DNA from: Cystobasidiomycetes sp. EMM_F5
Lineage: Eukaryota
Assembly: GCA_051047955.1 (NCBI GenBank)
Contig: JBPGPT010000021.1
Coordinates: 62,001-126,000, forward strand
Direction: 5' to 3'
DNA length: 64,000 nt
The stretch's first letter is position 1. Each line of letters starts with the position of its first letter. The position numbers and the translations under genes were made by a program. This document shows, one piece after another, positions 26,784-37,494 of the stretch. A model generated the notes under the pieces. That model searched no databases. It saw nothing but the letters and a program-made list of their open reading frames with translations, and was not told where the DNA came from.

Positions 26784-29700
26784 ATGAACCGGGTAAGTTG
26801 GTATACATGACAGACAATAACAAGGTGTCTAAGGCTTTTCGCTGCTGGGCCAGAAATCCGCCGCGAGTGCCTCTGGTCGGGCAGTCTCCAGTCGATCAGC
26901 TAAAGTGGCGAAATCCAGGGGCAGAGCGGTTGTGTCTCCAGATGACAACGACACGGTACAAACAACGCCACCGGTTTCTTCCGCTTCTTCGACTACAAAT
27001 AGTGCAATCTCTACGACGACGCCAACGACAGTAAAGGGTGCAGCCTCTAGCAGGAAGAAGCCCGGTAATGCCCGTGCGCGAAAAGATGGTGATGACACCC
27101 CTTTTGTCCTATCCATGCCGACCGTTGCAGTCACGCGTGAATCACCAGATTCACCGCCCTCAGCTTCACCCATCGCATCGAGTCAAGTAAGCAACATGGC
27201 AGGCGGCGCATCGACACTTGCTGCGCTTTCCACGAGCAAAGCACAGGTGGACACGAAAAAGTTTTATCTCACTTCGGAACCCGCATCGGCAGAAATGGGT
27301 AGGCGACAGTCTTCCACTTCCAGCATAGGCAAACGGCATCTTCCGCGTCGCGGGGAGAAGCGAAAGTACACGGAGGAGCCATCCTCTGACGAGGGCGATG
27401 ATGCTGGAACACCCAGAGGGCTGCCAAACAATGCAAAGCAAGCTGGTAAGGGAAGGTCTGCAGAACCTCCCCTAACACTGTCGCTCTCTCGAAGCTCCTC
27501 CCCTGCAGCACTTTCACTCGCTGGCAGCGAAAGCTTACATGACTATCCGCATAGCAGTCCACAAGTGGAGCGAGGGCTAGACTATGGAACTAGCGCGACA
27601 GCCAGTGCAAACGTACGCGGAAGGAATGGGAAGTCTATCAAGCGGGTAGAAGTAACGCCGCCCTCATCCACCGCAGCCGGAAAGAGAAGCAGAAGAAGAA
27701 TTGTCGAGTCTGGCAGTGATGGTACCGTTTCCCCGCCAGACACAGCAGGGCTCGATGACGACGCGCATGTCAAGGAGGAGATTGCTAGTGACTACCGGAG
27801 ATCTACTTCGGCCGCCATCATGGATCTGGAAAGTATCAAATCAAGGTCTCGCGAAAGCACTCCGGAGATCCCGCTCAGTGCACGTGGTCACGTTCAGTCT
27901 CTCGACGTAGTGAATAACAGCCTACTTCATCCCGATGCTCGCCGAGCTGCGTCAAAAGCATCGTCTCGTAACTCAACTCCTGGGCGGTCCGCTGCCGATG
28001 ACGCGGACGACATCGGCGAAGACGATGCTACATCAATAGGCAGGGCAGTTTCGGAGGCGCCATCTAATGCACCATCTATCGCAGCAACAGCCCTTTTGCT
28101 GTCTGGCATTGATGATGATGCGGATGCAGACTTGCAGAGCGGGCTTGATAGCGGCCACATGTCGATGTCCGCAGACCCTGCTGGTCCACTACGGAAAAAG
28201 CGGGGAAGACCGCCGAAGAAGAAGGGCGCAGAGATCGAGCCGGTCACCACTCGTGGACGAGCCACTTCAGCCATACCGCCTGCCACTGTCACTAGTAAGC
28301 ACGGCATTTCGATGCGATCTTCAATATGACTCATGGCATCGATTCTGATCTATGTTCCATTCCAACAGATCCGGCATCCGTAAATATAACACTTGTGAAG
28401 CAGAGTACAGCGGCTCTTAAGCTTAGAGATCGGTATGTGCCGTCCCCAGCTTAGCTAGCTGCAGACTGAAGTCTGTACCTGCTCAGTATTCAAGCCACTC
28501 TGGATTACGAGAGGCAGCTAATTCAAGACAATCAGCATCCGCTGCTCGCCAAGGCTCTGGCTAATCTGGAGATAGCGCGATCAATGCGGCTTGCCGAGCT
28601 CAAGCTCGTAAATCAGGCGCGCATGAAAGCCCGACAGCGGACCGAGGAGGCTCAGGTCAGGCAGAAATGGCTACAATGGGAAGATGCCAAAAGGGCATTG
28701 TGGATGGAGATCTGGAAGGATCTTGATAGTCGAGAACGGCGGCTCAACATCGAAGTCTGCGATTCTGAGTTATGTGAGTGGACTTGGGTCAAGACGCAGC
28801 GTCACTAGCTTATACGGTCTATTTAATAGCCGCATTACTGTGTCCGGGCGTGCAGCACGACTTGCCTCCTCCTGCCTACCCGCTTGCACGTATGCAAGTA
28901 CTAGGTGTTAACGGAACCAATGCTCAGGTTACAGAGCTGCAAAGGCACACCATAATACCATATGATCAAGCTACTGCGCAACATAGTCGGTGGTCATTGC
29001 AAGCTGAAGAAATTCAGAGTGATCTCGAGATGCTCGGACTGCGCAAGTCTCAGGCGATTACAGCGATTGACATGCTCGATCCAATCGGCTCAAGCGCAAT
29101 GCTGCCGATCGCCCACGAACAATACGATGATTCTCCTAGAGACGCGCGTCTACGTGTGCAGCCACTTCGCTCAAAAGTGAGTCTCAGCGTAGCTACCACA
29201 GATTCTGACTGACACACATTTGTGTATTAGCGCAAGCGAGGTGAAGACGACCGACCATACATACTGCAACCGCAAATCCCTATTCAACCAAGCCCAACTG
29301 GTATACCTCCAAGATTCTTATCGTCGGATCAAGTTGCATATAGACCTCCCGGAGGTCCTGTCAGACATCAGCAAGGACAGTCTGCTAATCAACCCATCGT
29401 TATTGAAGATAGTTCTCCAGCTGCCAAACAAGCCAAGCTGCCGTCATATCCACGGGATCGTGTCAGCAGATTCGCGGATGAGACGAGACCGCCGATCCAC
29501 ATGGACGAAGTATTGCAGAAGGGGCGTTATCCTCAACACCACTATGGGGATCCGGGCCATTATCATCACAGCCAGAAGCCTTCGCTCGATCAGCTTATGG
29601 CACGCGACATGGCTCCCTTTGCATATCGTGCTGGATCTCCCCCACTCCACTACGACCAGTACGGCATGCCCCTGTACTATGCTCAAGATATTCCATACCA

Positions 29701-30130
29701 TCCAGGAAACGTGTACGGACCTGGCTACTCGCTTCCAAATGAACATTACGCATATCCACATGGTCTGCCTCATCACCCAGATGCGCAGGCTCACAGCGCA
29801 ACATCCTACCCAGTACATCCGGCATATCAGCATTACTTGGCAGATCCACACTACAGAGGGCCTGGTAGCTATCCGGAAGTCCTTCCCATCGCGCCGCATC
29901 CCGGCCTTCCTACATCCGGCAAGTACAGCAAAGCAACACCTACTGCTACCCCTAGAAAAGCGGCCGATGATACGCCTCGCAAAGGCGAGGGTACTGCGGT
30001 TGCCAAGGTACAGCAGCCGGGGCAAGCGAGCCGACCACTTTCGAGTGGGCAGATGCACCTAGACGAGAGCGAACCTGACTGGCGCAGTCGGACCCGCGAT
30101 TGGCAGCGCGATGTGCAGGCTACACACTAA
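26784..30130 (+). CDS. Sds3-like coiled-coil chromatin protein with AT-hook and His/Tyr/Pro-rich C-terminus
   Basis: Exon 1 is ATG AAC CGG/GTAAGT. It is followed by a Ser-rich disordered region, AT-hook KKRGRPPKK, and a coiled coil LDYERQLIQDNQHPLLAKALANLEIARSMRL...KWLQWEDAKRAL resembling the Sds3/Dep1 domain. Confidence 0.6.
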
Positions 30131-30354
30131 TTTCGACCGGGATCAGCAGATCGCCTGCGACATCCGTAGGAAAGCACGCCTACCAGCGTGTAATTCTCGT
30201 CGAGTACAATCTAGCTCGATGTCTGACTCATTGCTAGATTGAGCGCATCTCACTATTCTTGTTGACCCGTGTAGCATACATTATTATTCGCGAACAACAG
30301 CCATGACTTTGTCCTTGTTGTTGTCGCGATATCGTATTCCGTGTCATATATTTA

Positions 30355-30677
30355 CTATGACTGCTGGTCTTCGGTAGCACTGTCTGGGCCTAGCGTACGA
30401 GAGGAAGCCATGAACCTGGAGATTGCCCATTCAGCCAGGTCCGCCATAAAAAACAGGCAGGCTTCCAGACGCACAGAGCAGCCTGCATGCATGCCAATTC
30501 CCGTATCTGCTGAGCCTGCAGACAGGCTACATCCACCTGGCGGTCAAAGGCTTCGACGCGCCTGCTCATTTCGGCCAGACGGCTCGCAAGCTGGGCAATT
30601 TGGCGCTGCTTTGTCGCGGCCGAAGACGAGGTAGTCTGAGCTGCGCCAGCGGGATACAGCGATGCTCTGGACGACAT
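30355..30677 (-). CDS. HSK3: DASH/Dam1 kinetochore complex subunit Hsk3
   Basis: Spliced product MSSRASLYP...KQRQIAQLASRLAEMSRRVEAFDRQVDVACLQAQQIRELACMQAALFMASSR matches the Hsk3 pattern (KQRQ..L...QA..IR.L....ALFMA.S). One GT-AG intron. Confidence 0.75.
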
Positions 30678-30850
30678 GGCTGGCTTGTGCACAGTACAAT
30701 TCGGTAACGATCGATTTGAAGCGAAACCGGACCCATTCTACGATACGCTGGAACAGTCTTTGAAGCTGACGCTAACCTTTCATCTCTGCTCGTATTCCAA
30801 CATTTGAACAATCTCGAGTCCTGACTCTGTTTGCTAACTCCCCTTCCGAC

Positions 30851-31980
30851 ATGACGCTCGCAGCTGTCGCACAGATATGTTCACGCAACAACGTCGCCAC
30901 TAATTTACGCGTATGCCGTTCCGTCGTCAAGAGAGCTGCTCAAGCAGGCGCAAAGCTTGTATGCCTTCCGGAAGCGAGCGACTATATTGCAAGCTCTGAC
31001 GAAGGTGAGTCGATGGGACATCGGGAAGCTTGTTGGTTTCGGTGGCTGAATCGTGCTTGTCAATTACGTGTGCAGTTTACAATTTGGCGGAGACGCTGGA
31101 GAAATCCTTCTTCGTCAAGGGCTTGCAAGAAGAAGCAAAGTTGTCAGACGTATGGGTGTCGGTCGGCGTACACGAGCGGCCTGCAGACGCGTCAAGTCAA
31201 CAAACGCCAAATGGTCACAAAGACAACAAGCAGTGCTATAATTCACAATGCCTTATCGATCCTGAGGGTAACATTGCAAGTGTATACCGCAAGCTTCACC
31301 TGTTCGACGTCAATATTAAAGGAGGTCTGTCGATACAAGAAAGCGGGACGACATTGAAGGGCGAGGCAATGCCAGATGTGACAAAGACTGCTGTCGGGAA
31401 AGGTGCGAAATTCACATACCTGACGAGCTTATCTTCTGATGACGTACATACATAGTCGGCATGCTCACCTGCTACGACGTGCGGTTCCCGGAGATAGCCT
31501 TGATACTGCGAGAAAAGGGTGCAGATATCCTAACTTATCCCTCAGCATTCACGGTAAAGACGGGAATGTCACATTGGGGTGAGTCAGCTTCTCGAACAAT
31601 CTTTTCAGCAAGCTGATCTTTCATTAACGCTAGAACCCCTCCTCCGAGCGCGGGCTATAGAAAATCAAGTATACGTACTCGCAGCCGGGCAAGTGGGGTC
31701 GCATCCACCGACTAAGCGAGTGTCGTATGGTAAAGCCTGCATAATCGACCCGTGGGGAGCCGTGGTAGCGCAGTGCAACGACGATGTTGTGTCCCATGAA
31801 CAAATAGACGAGAACGACGATGCTGGGAGTTACTGCATGGCAAAGTAGGCACACTGAGATCCGTACACCCGAATCAAAGCTAATGCAAATTGCAGTATCG
31901 ACTTGGAGTACATGGCTAGACTGCGAAAAGAAATGCCGTTGTGGGACCAGCGGCGTTCCGAAATCTACAAACAGCAGTGA
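30851..31980 (+). CDS. NIT1: Nitrilase-superfamily amidase, Nit1 type (deaminated glutathione amidase)
   Basis: Catalytic E-K-C motifs CLPEASDY, YRKLHLFDV and TCYDVRFPE; also [36 protein letters not shown] and IIDPWG. Confidence 0.92.
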
Positions 31981-32138
31981 TATGGTCTGGATCGCTGTCA
32001 CCGACGCGCCATATCCATCACTTTATTATGTGATGGATGAGAGGGTAATAAAATCGAGACATCGTCGCACAATTAGATTTGCGCTGTTTGGCCTTGTCAA
32101 CAACGTGCAAAAACTACATCTACAGGGTATGTCCTGGC

Positions 32139-33810
32139 TCAGATAGCCTTGTAGTCAAGCTTGGCTAGATTGAGATACCACACACGCTCAGCATTTGCAC
32201 ACGCAACATATTATGCGCAACGACTTACACTCGTGTTTCTTGGCTTCTTGTAATTTTCTCACTGCTTTGTTGAGATCGTCTTGGACAATGTAATCTCGCT
32301 CTTCTCTAATGGCAAACATGCCCGCTTCCGTCGCTACATTCCGCAAGTCTGGACATTGCGAGCCTCGTTAGCTTTATATGCTCGGGCTATGATCAAGACG
32401 AAATACTGACCTGCTCCATTGAAACCTTCCGAAAGCTTGACAATAGCTTCATAGTCAATCTCTCCTGATTTCCTGATTGGCCCGCAGTGTATCTTTAAGA
32501 TTTCCATCCGTGACACCTCATTCGGCAGCGGAATCTCAATCTTCCTATCGATTCTCCCCGGCCGCATAAGTGCTGGGTCGAGCGTGTCTGGACGATTCGT
32601 TGCCATGATTATCTTTGTCTTGCCGAGGTAGTCGAAACCGTCCATCTGATTGAGCAGCTCCATCAATGTCCGCTGGATTTCGCGATCTGCCGAAGTGCCT
32701 TCGCTGAACCGCCGCCCTCCGATAGCGTCAATCTCGTCCATGAAGATGATACATGGTTCGTGTTCTTTGGCGTATCCGAACATCTCCCGCACTAATCTTG
32801 CAGACTCTCCAATGTATTTGTCAACGATGGCCGATGAAACGACTGTAGGGTAAGGCCATCTTCAGCAAGGCGGCATGCAGCCGTCAAGGGTACACTCACC
32901 CTTCAGAAAGTTTGTGCCCATGGTACTAGCAACAGCTTTGGCTAAGAGCGTCTTGCCGGTACCTGGTGGACCGTATAGGAGTACACCCTTGGGGGGCTTG
33001 ATTCCCACCCGCAGAAAGAGTTCGGGGTTTTGAAGAGGTAATTCGATGACTTCTCGCAATTCTCGTATTTGCTCGCTCAACCCGCCGATTCCAGCAAAGC
33101 TGACGTTGCCTGGGTCTTCTATTGACATATTGTATACCAGCGGATCGACCTCTCTCGGCAGAACTCTACGGCATTGACATGTCGTTGAGTATAGAATCAA
33201 CATACATTGGGCCTCACCTACCTCATAATCGTCAACGTCGTCATATCGAGAGCTACTCGAGTGCCTGGTTTCAGCTTGTCGCGATTGACAGATGACCTGC
33301 ACCCGACTACATAGCGGGGTCCAGAAGATGCCTTGACAATGACTGTGATGATTGTGAGGGTCGGCGATGTGGTCTAGCGCTGCATGCAAGAAATGCAGCC
33401 TTACACCTCTCTTCGTCCAATTGCCGCGTCACCTCTCCTACAATCTGGCCAACACTCTGCAGCGCCTTGATGTCGTTTTCTGACTTTTCATAGTCTGCCT
33501 CGAAGTTGCGTATGTTGAGCCGGACTACAAGATTGTATTTGTCGCATTCGTGGAGTCGGTGCATCATCGTGCATTACAAACAAGGTCCGGTGGAATCGCG
33601 AAAAAGAACATTAGCCGTGCATCTCGTTCTGACGACGTTGCTACGCACTTCGTTTCAAGTCGTCGCCCAGCGCTTCATGTTCGTTTACTCTCTGTTTCCA
33701 TATCGATATCCACCGCGTCAGCGCCCTGACAGTACCAGGTTTGAGCAGCCGCAGCCTACCCGCTTGTACGTTGCCAGAGCTTCCGCCTTTCGCGTATCTG
33801 TATCAGCCAT
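32139..33810 (-). CDS. RPT4: 26S proteasome AAA-ATPase subunit Rpt4
   Basis: [31 protein letters not shown], Walker [63 protein letters not shown]-terminal KLDYKAI*. Confidence 0.97.
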
Positions 33811-34425
33811 ATTGCCGTGGTTGTGAAGGGCAATTGCTGGTTTGCAAGTCCGTAAATGGATCTTGATCAACTTCTCAGACGCCGCAACGGTGCAAGCCTT
33901 GACCTATGACCAAACAACACAAATCTGAAGAACTTGCGATTTATGATGAAGACACGGTCATAATTCGACGAGCAGGCTTCCCTCTGCGGCATAAGCTAAC
34001 GACCGGTTGTGAAAGCTATCCAGACCGGCCGTTAACGTGATCCGCAAACTCCGCCTTACTGGTACACAGGACAAGGCTCGCGTCGCGAACCAGATATCTA
34101 CAGTCTACGTAAACTATTTCCCCTGATGTTCGTCCGAATCCCGGATATCGCGCAAAGTCGTTGAGTCCAAAGGCTATGAACATCCCGCTCGGCCAGTTCA
34201 GTGTTTGATTATTAACGGAGGTACCCGCAATACACCCACTAGCACTGAGTAGCGTCGTGGCTTGTCAAGACTAAGAAGCTGACGGTAAGAGCATTCGGCT
34301 GATGTTTCCGCGCGATATAAGGCGAGCAGACGATATACGCAAACATCCGACAAGCGAGCCTTCACCTTTGCAATTAGCTGACCAGCATTGCTTGCGGTTT
34401 CCATGGATCATAACAGCGCATGATG

Positions 34426-34449
34426 TACGCGCTCTACGCGCTCTACGCG
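34426..34449. repeat. 9-bp tandem repeat (TACGCGCTC) x2.7
   Basis: tacgcgctc tacgcgctc tacgcg is read directly, in the divergent intergenic region between RPT4 and paralogue A. Confidence 0.7.
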
Positions 34450-35550
34450 GTGTTGCTTGCAGAACGGTTGGCCACTTCTCCGAAATCAGTCTATCAGAGC
34501 AACCGCAGAGGTGATCCCGGAGATGGCCCAAGGTCATACGGTAGGATGGAGCACGCGTAAAGCGTATGCAATCAAGGACGGGCGAAGGGAACCTTTCAGC
34601 TTCGCTCTCCTCTCTTGTCTCGGTCTGCATATCCTGCTGGACAGTATTATGCCTGAAAGTGAGTGTCGATGTAGTCGAAGTCAGGCTGCAGCTGACGTGC
34701 AGGATAAGATTGAATGCAGGGATAGGCTCCTCCTCAAGTTCCTCGCGGCGATGTCAGCTCGACCGAATCACTTCGTCAGCGAATCCTGCTCATTCCATAT
34801 TCACAAGCAACGCTGGGCGGGTTCATCGCAGCGACTCATCTTCCCGTCGGTATCCATGTCATCAAAGCTTTGTCAAAGCGCACCGTCACTACAAATTGTC
34901 CCCAAAACCGGGCGTAAAGACCAGAAACACGCTGGCTGTTTGTGCCAACTTTTGGTGGCGAAATGCGCTATCCATGTCGAACGCCTTTACAATGCACGGC
35001 TCACTCGGGAATGCGGAGAACGACCCTCTGAGATTCGCGCTCACAGCACCCTAAACCTGTAGAACAGCTGATCTCGGCGTGCTGACAGCGTCAGTCCGGA
35101 CCCTCCGTGTCCGTTAACAGGTGCGGGTACGATCGAGGTCTTCCAATCTCGCTGGAGGGCCCTTAGTGCTGGGCAGGAATTCTGCACGAATAAAAGCGGG
35201 CAAAGAAGGACATCGAGCACGACGAAGCTTAAAGCTGGCTGCCTTGCTGGCTGGCTGGCTTACTTACGAACGCAGACCTGCACCTTGGAAGAGCCTCAAC
35301 GTCGCGGCGGTGCTTTTTCGTAGACTGACTCGACTACCGACGGAGCTCGAAACGACCCTTGGCTCTGCTTCAAAAGAAACGCATCTCGACTGGGTCGCTT
35401 TTGGTAGTGAGTCCTTGATACACACACCCAAACGCGAAAACACAGTTGGAGGCGTCCGAGACGAGAGACTATTGCTCTCGCTTCCTGGCCGTGCATTCGT
35501 CCGTACCTGCCTCGCGCGTGCACCCAACGAAAAAAAGGCCTTAAATCTGA

Positions 35551-37494
35551 ATGTCAACATCAAGTTCGCCTTTTCTGACTACTGTACCTCCACCTCCAGT
35601 GCACTCTGTGTACTCGACACCGTCTGCTGCTGCATCTCAGCTCAGTCGTGCTCCTTCAAATAAGCAGCATTCGTCAGAGTGCCCGTACTTTACGTCTGCT
35701 CCCACCGAAGACGCGTCCCAAATGGACAACATGGCTCACTACGGCGGCATGCACAACCATAGTCACGACATGGATCATTCATCTGCTTCTGCTGAACACG
35801 TCCATTACAATCATGCAGGTCGCCCTCACGGCGCGTCTGCCCCTCCTTCGCTCGATGGAAACGCTCAAGAATCGGCCTCTGGCTTCCAGGCTGGCACCGT
35901 CAAGACTAGCAATAATGACATGGTCTACCTCCTCACGGGTGATGGTCAGTCTAATGCTACCGTGCCGTCGTCCTGGGTCACCGTACCTTGGTCTCAAATC
36001 CTGAAGGAACTTCAAGGCAACGAACACTTGTGCCTCGCGCTCGGCCGAGCAGTTAGCACACAACAAGGGATTCGAAACAAGCTGCTCAGGGTACTTTCTG
36101 ATGGCAGTAACACATCAAGCTCTGCCAACTCGAGCCTCGACTTCAGCGACTTCTCTCTCGCTTCTGCTCTTGACAACAGTACTGCACCCGGTAGCGAGCT
36201 CTTTGCTGGTGGCAACCAGTCTGACAACATTTGGGACTCGCCTCTCGCGACCAATACACAGCATGAACAAGTCCAGGTAAGCTGCTATATGCAGTCGCTG
36301 CTCCGCCCCGACCGTCATTCGTGTCTGACATTTTTTTGGCAGAACACCCCGCTCACCTCGTCTGCAGACGAGTCTCCAATGTCGGCCGCAAAGCCTAGCT
36401 TCTGGGCAACGACAGCATCTGTTCAACCAATGAACCTTAATGTTGCCAATCTTGCCAATCTCCCTGCTATGCCGACGCCCGCTGGCAGTGTCTTATCTCC
36501 GACTGCTATTCCCATGCTCGGCAGCTCTTTCGCCAAAGAGATCATTGCAAGCAGCGACACCATCGACCAAATGATCCTTCGTGAGCGCGAATACAATCAG
36601 GAACGCAAAGAGTACATCTGGTCTCAGCTCGATCTCATGCTATACGAGATTGACGACCCGCTTGCGCAAAATGCAATCCGGGAGGAAGGCAGTATCAAGA
36701 TGACTTTCCCAATTGGCACGATGCTGCTCTGCAAGGAGAAGGATGGCGCTATCGCCAGTCCCGCCTACACCGCAGGTAACCCTCATTCGAATGAATGGCT
36801 CAAGTGCCAGGTATGCCACCACAAATGCTCTTATCGTGCCGACACCTCCTCGCTCAAGAGACCAAAGGTAAACCTTCGTTCTTGCGTCATTGCCTCTGTA
36901 GAAGCTTATCGTTCCTTCAAACAGACCATCCGCGAACACTTCCAAAAATGCCTCTGGCTCGGCGATAATCACCCACTCAAAGTACTTTCTGCCCTTCAGC
37001 TTCGTGTTCTTGAGCGCGAGTCACAAGGCCTTCTTCCAAACCGTCGCCGTGCCCGCGGCATTCGCCCTGGCCACCATCCATCTGTCGGTGGTATCCAGCC
37101 GAGCGCTTCGCCAGCTGTCAAGTACTCCCCTTATCCCGCTGCCCGTCCACCTCCTGTCTATTCCGGAAATGTAGGCGTTCAAATAGCACCGGTCGCCCGT
37201 AGCATAACTCCTGCTTCAATGATGGGCTCCTCCATGATGGGCCGACCGGAAGGTCATCCTTTCTTCGGTATGGCACCGCTGCCCTCGATGCCAAGCATGC
37301 TTGCTCCGATGCAGATGGAGCCTGCTCAATATACAGGCAATCCGTATAGCGTTCCAATCACCCGCAATACTGTCAGTCACCTGCATATGCAAAATATGCC
37401 AAACACAAATGGCCGTCACTACAATAACGCAGGCGACTCTCCGCTCACCAATAGTATCAGCGGAGGCGAGTCGCCAGAAGCTCGAATGAGATGA
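35551..37494 (+). CDS. Unrecognised family, paralogue A (putative Cys/His zinc-binding regulator)
   Basis: 647-codon ORF with two in-frame introns (36277-36342, 36868-36924). Shares the VTVPW module, LSPTA and the ~150-aa Cys/His domain with paralogues B and C. Confidence 0.85.
   Translation: MSTSSSPFLTTVPPPPVHSVYSTPSAAASQLSRAPSNKQHSSECPYFTSAPTEDASQMDNMAHYGGMHNHSHDMDHSSASAEHVHYNHAGRPHGASAPPSLDGNAQESASGFQAGTVKTSNNDMVYLLTGDGQSNATVPSSWVTVPWSQILKELQGNEHLCLALGRAVSTQQGIRNKLLRVLSDGSNTSSSANSSLDFSDFSLASALDNSTAPGSELFAGGNQSDNIWDSPLATNTQHEQVQVSCYMQSLLRPDRHSCLTFFWQNTPLTSSADESPMSAAKPSFWATTASVQPMNLNVANLANLPAMPTPAGSVLSPTAIPMLGSSFAKEIIASSDTIDQMILREREYNQERKEYIWSQLDLMLYEIDDPLAQNAIREEGSIKMTFPIGTMLLCKEKDGAIASPAYTAGNPHSNEWLKCQVCHHKCSYRADTSSLKRPKVNLRSCVIASVEAYRSFKQTIREHFQKCLWLGDNHPLKVLSALQLRVLERESQGLLPNRRRARGIRPGHHPSVGGIQPSASPAVKYSPYPAARPPPVYSGNVGVQIAPVARSITPASMMGSSMMGRPEGHPFFGMAPLPSMPSMLAPMQMEPAQYTGNPYSVPITRNTVSHLHMQNMPNTNGRHYNNAGDSPLTNSISGGESPEARMR

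Noticed and set aside
29220..30062. 280-aa alternative-frame ORF and 204-aa antisense ORF
   Set aside because: These are shadows of the low-complexity last exon of the Sds3-like gene.
34955..34964. GGTGGCGAAA, PACE-like element near RPT4
   Set aside because: It is over 1.1 kb from the RPT4 start, and the same word occurs near 3400 without a proteasome gene.
34457..35663. ORFs of 160-200 aa upstream of paralogue A
   Set aside because: No recognisable motifs, overlapping frames and Arg/Ser/Cys-rich composition typical of chance ORFs.
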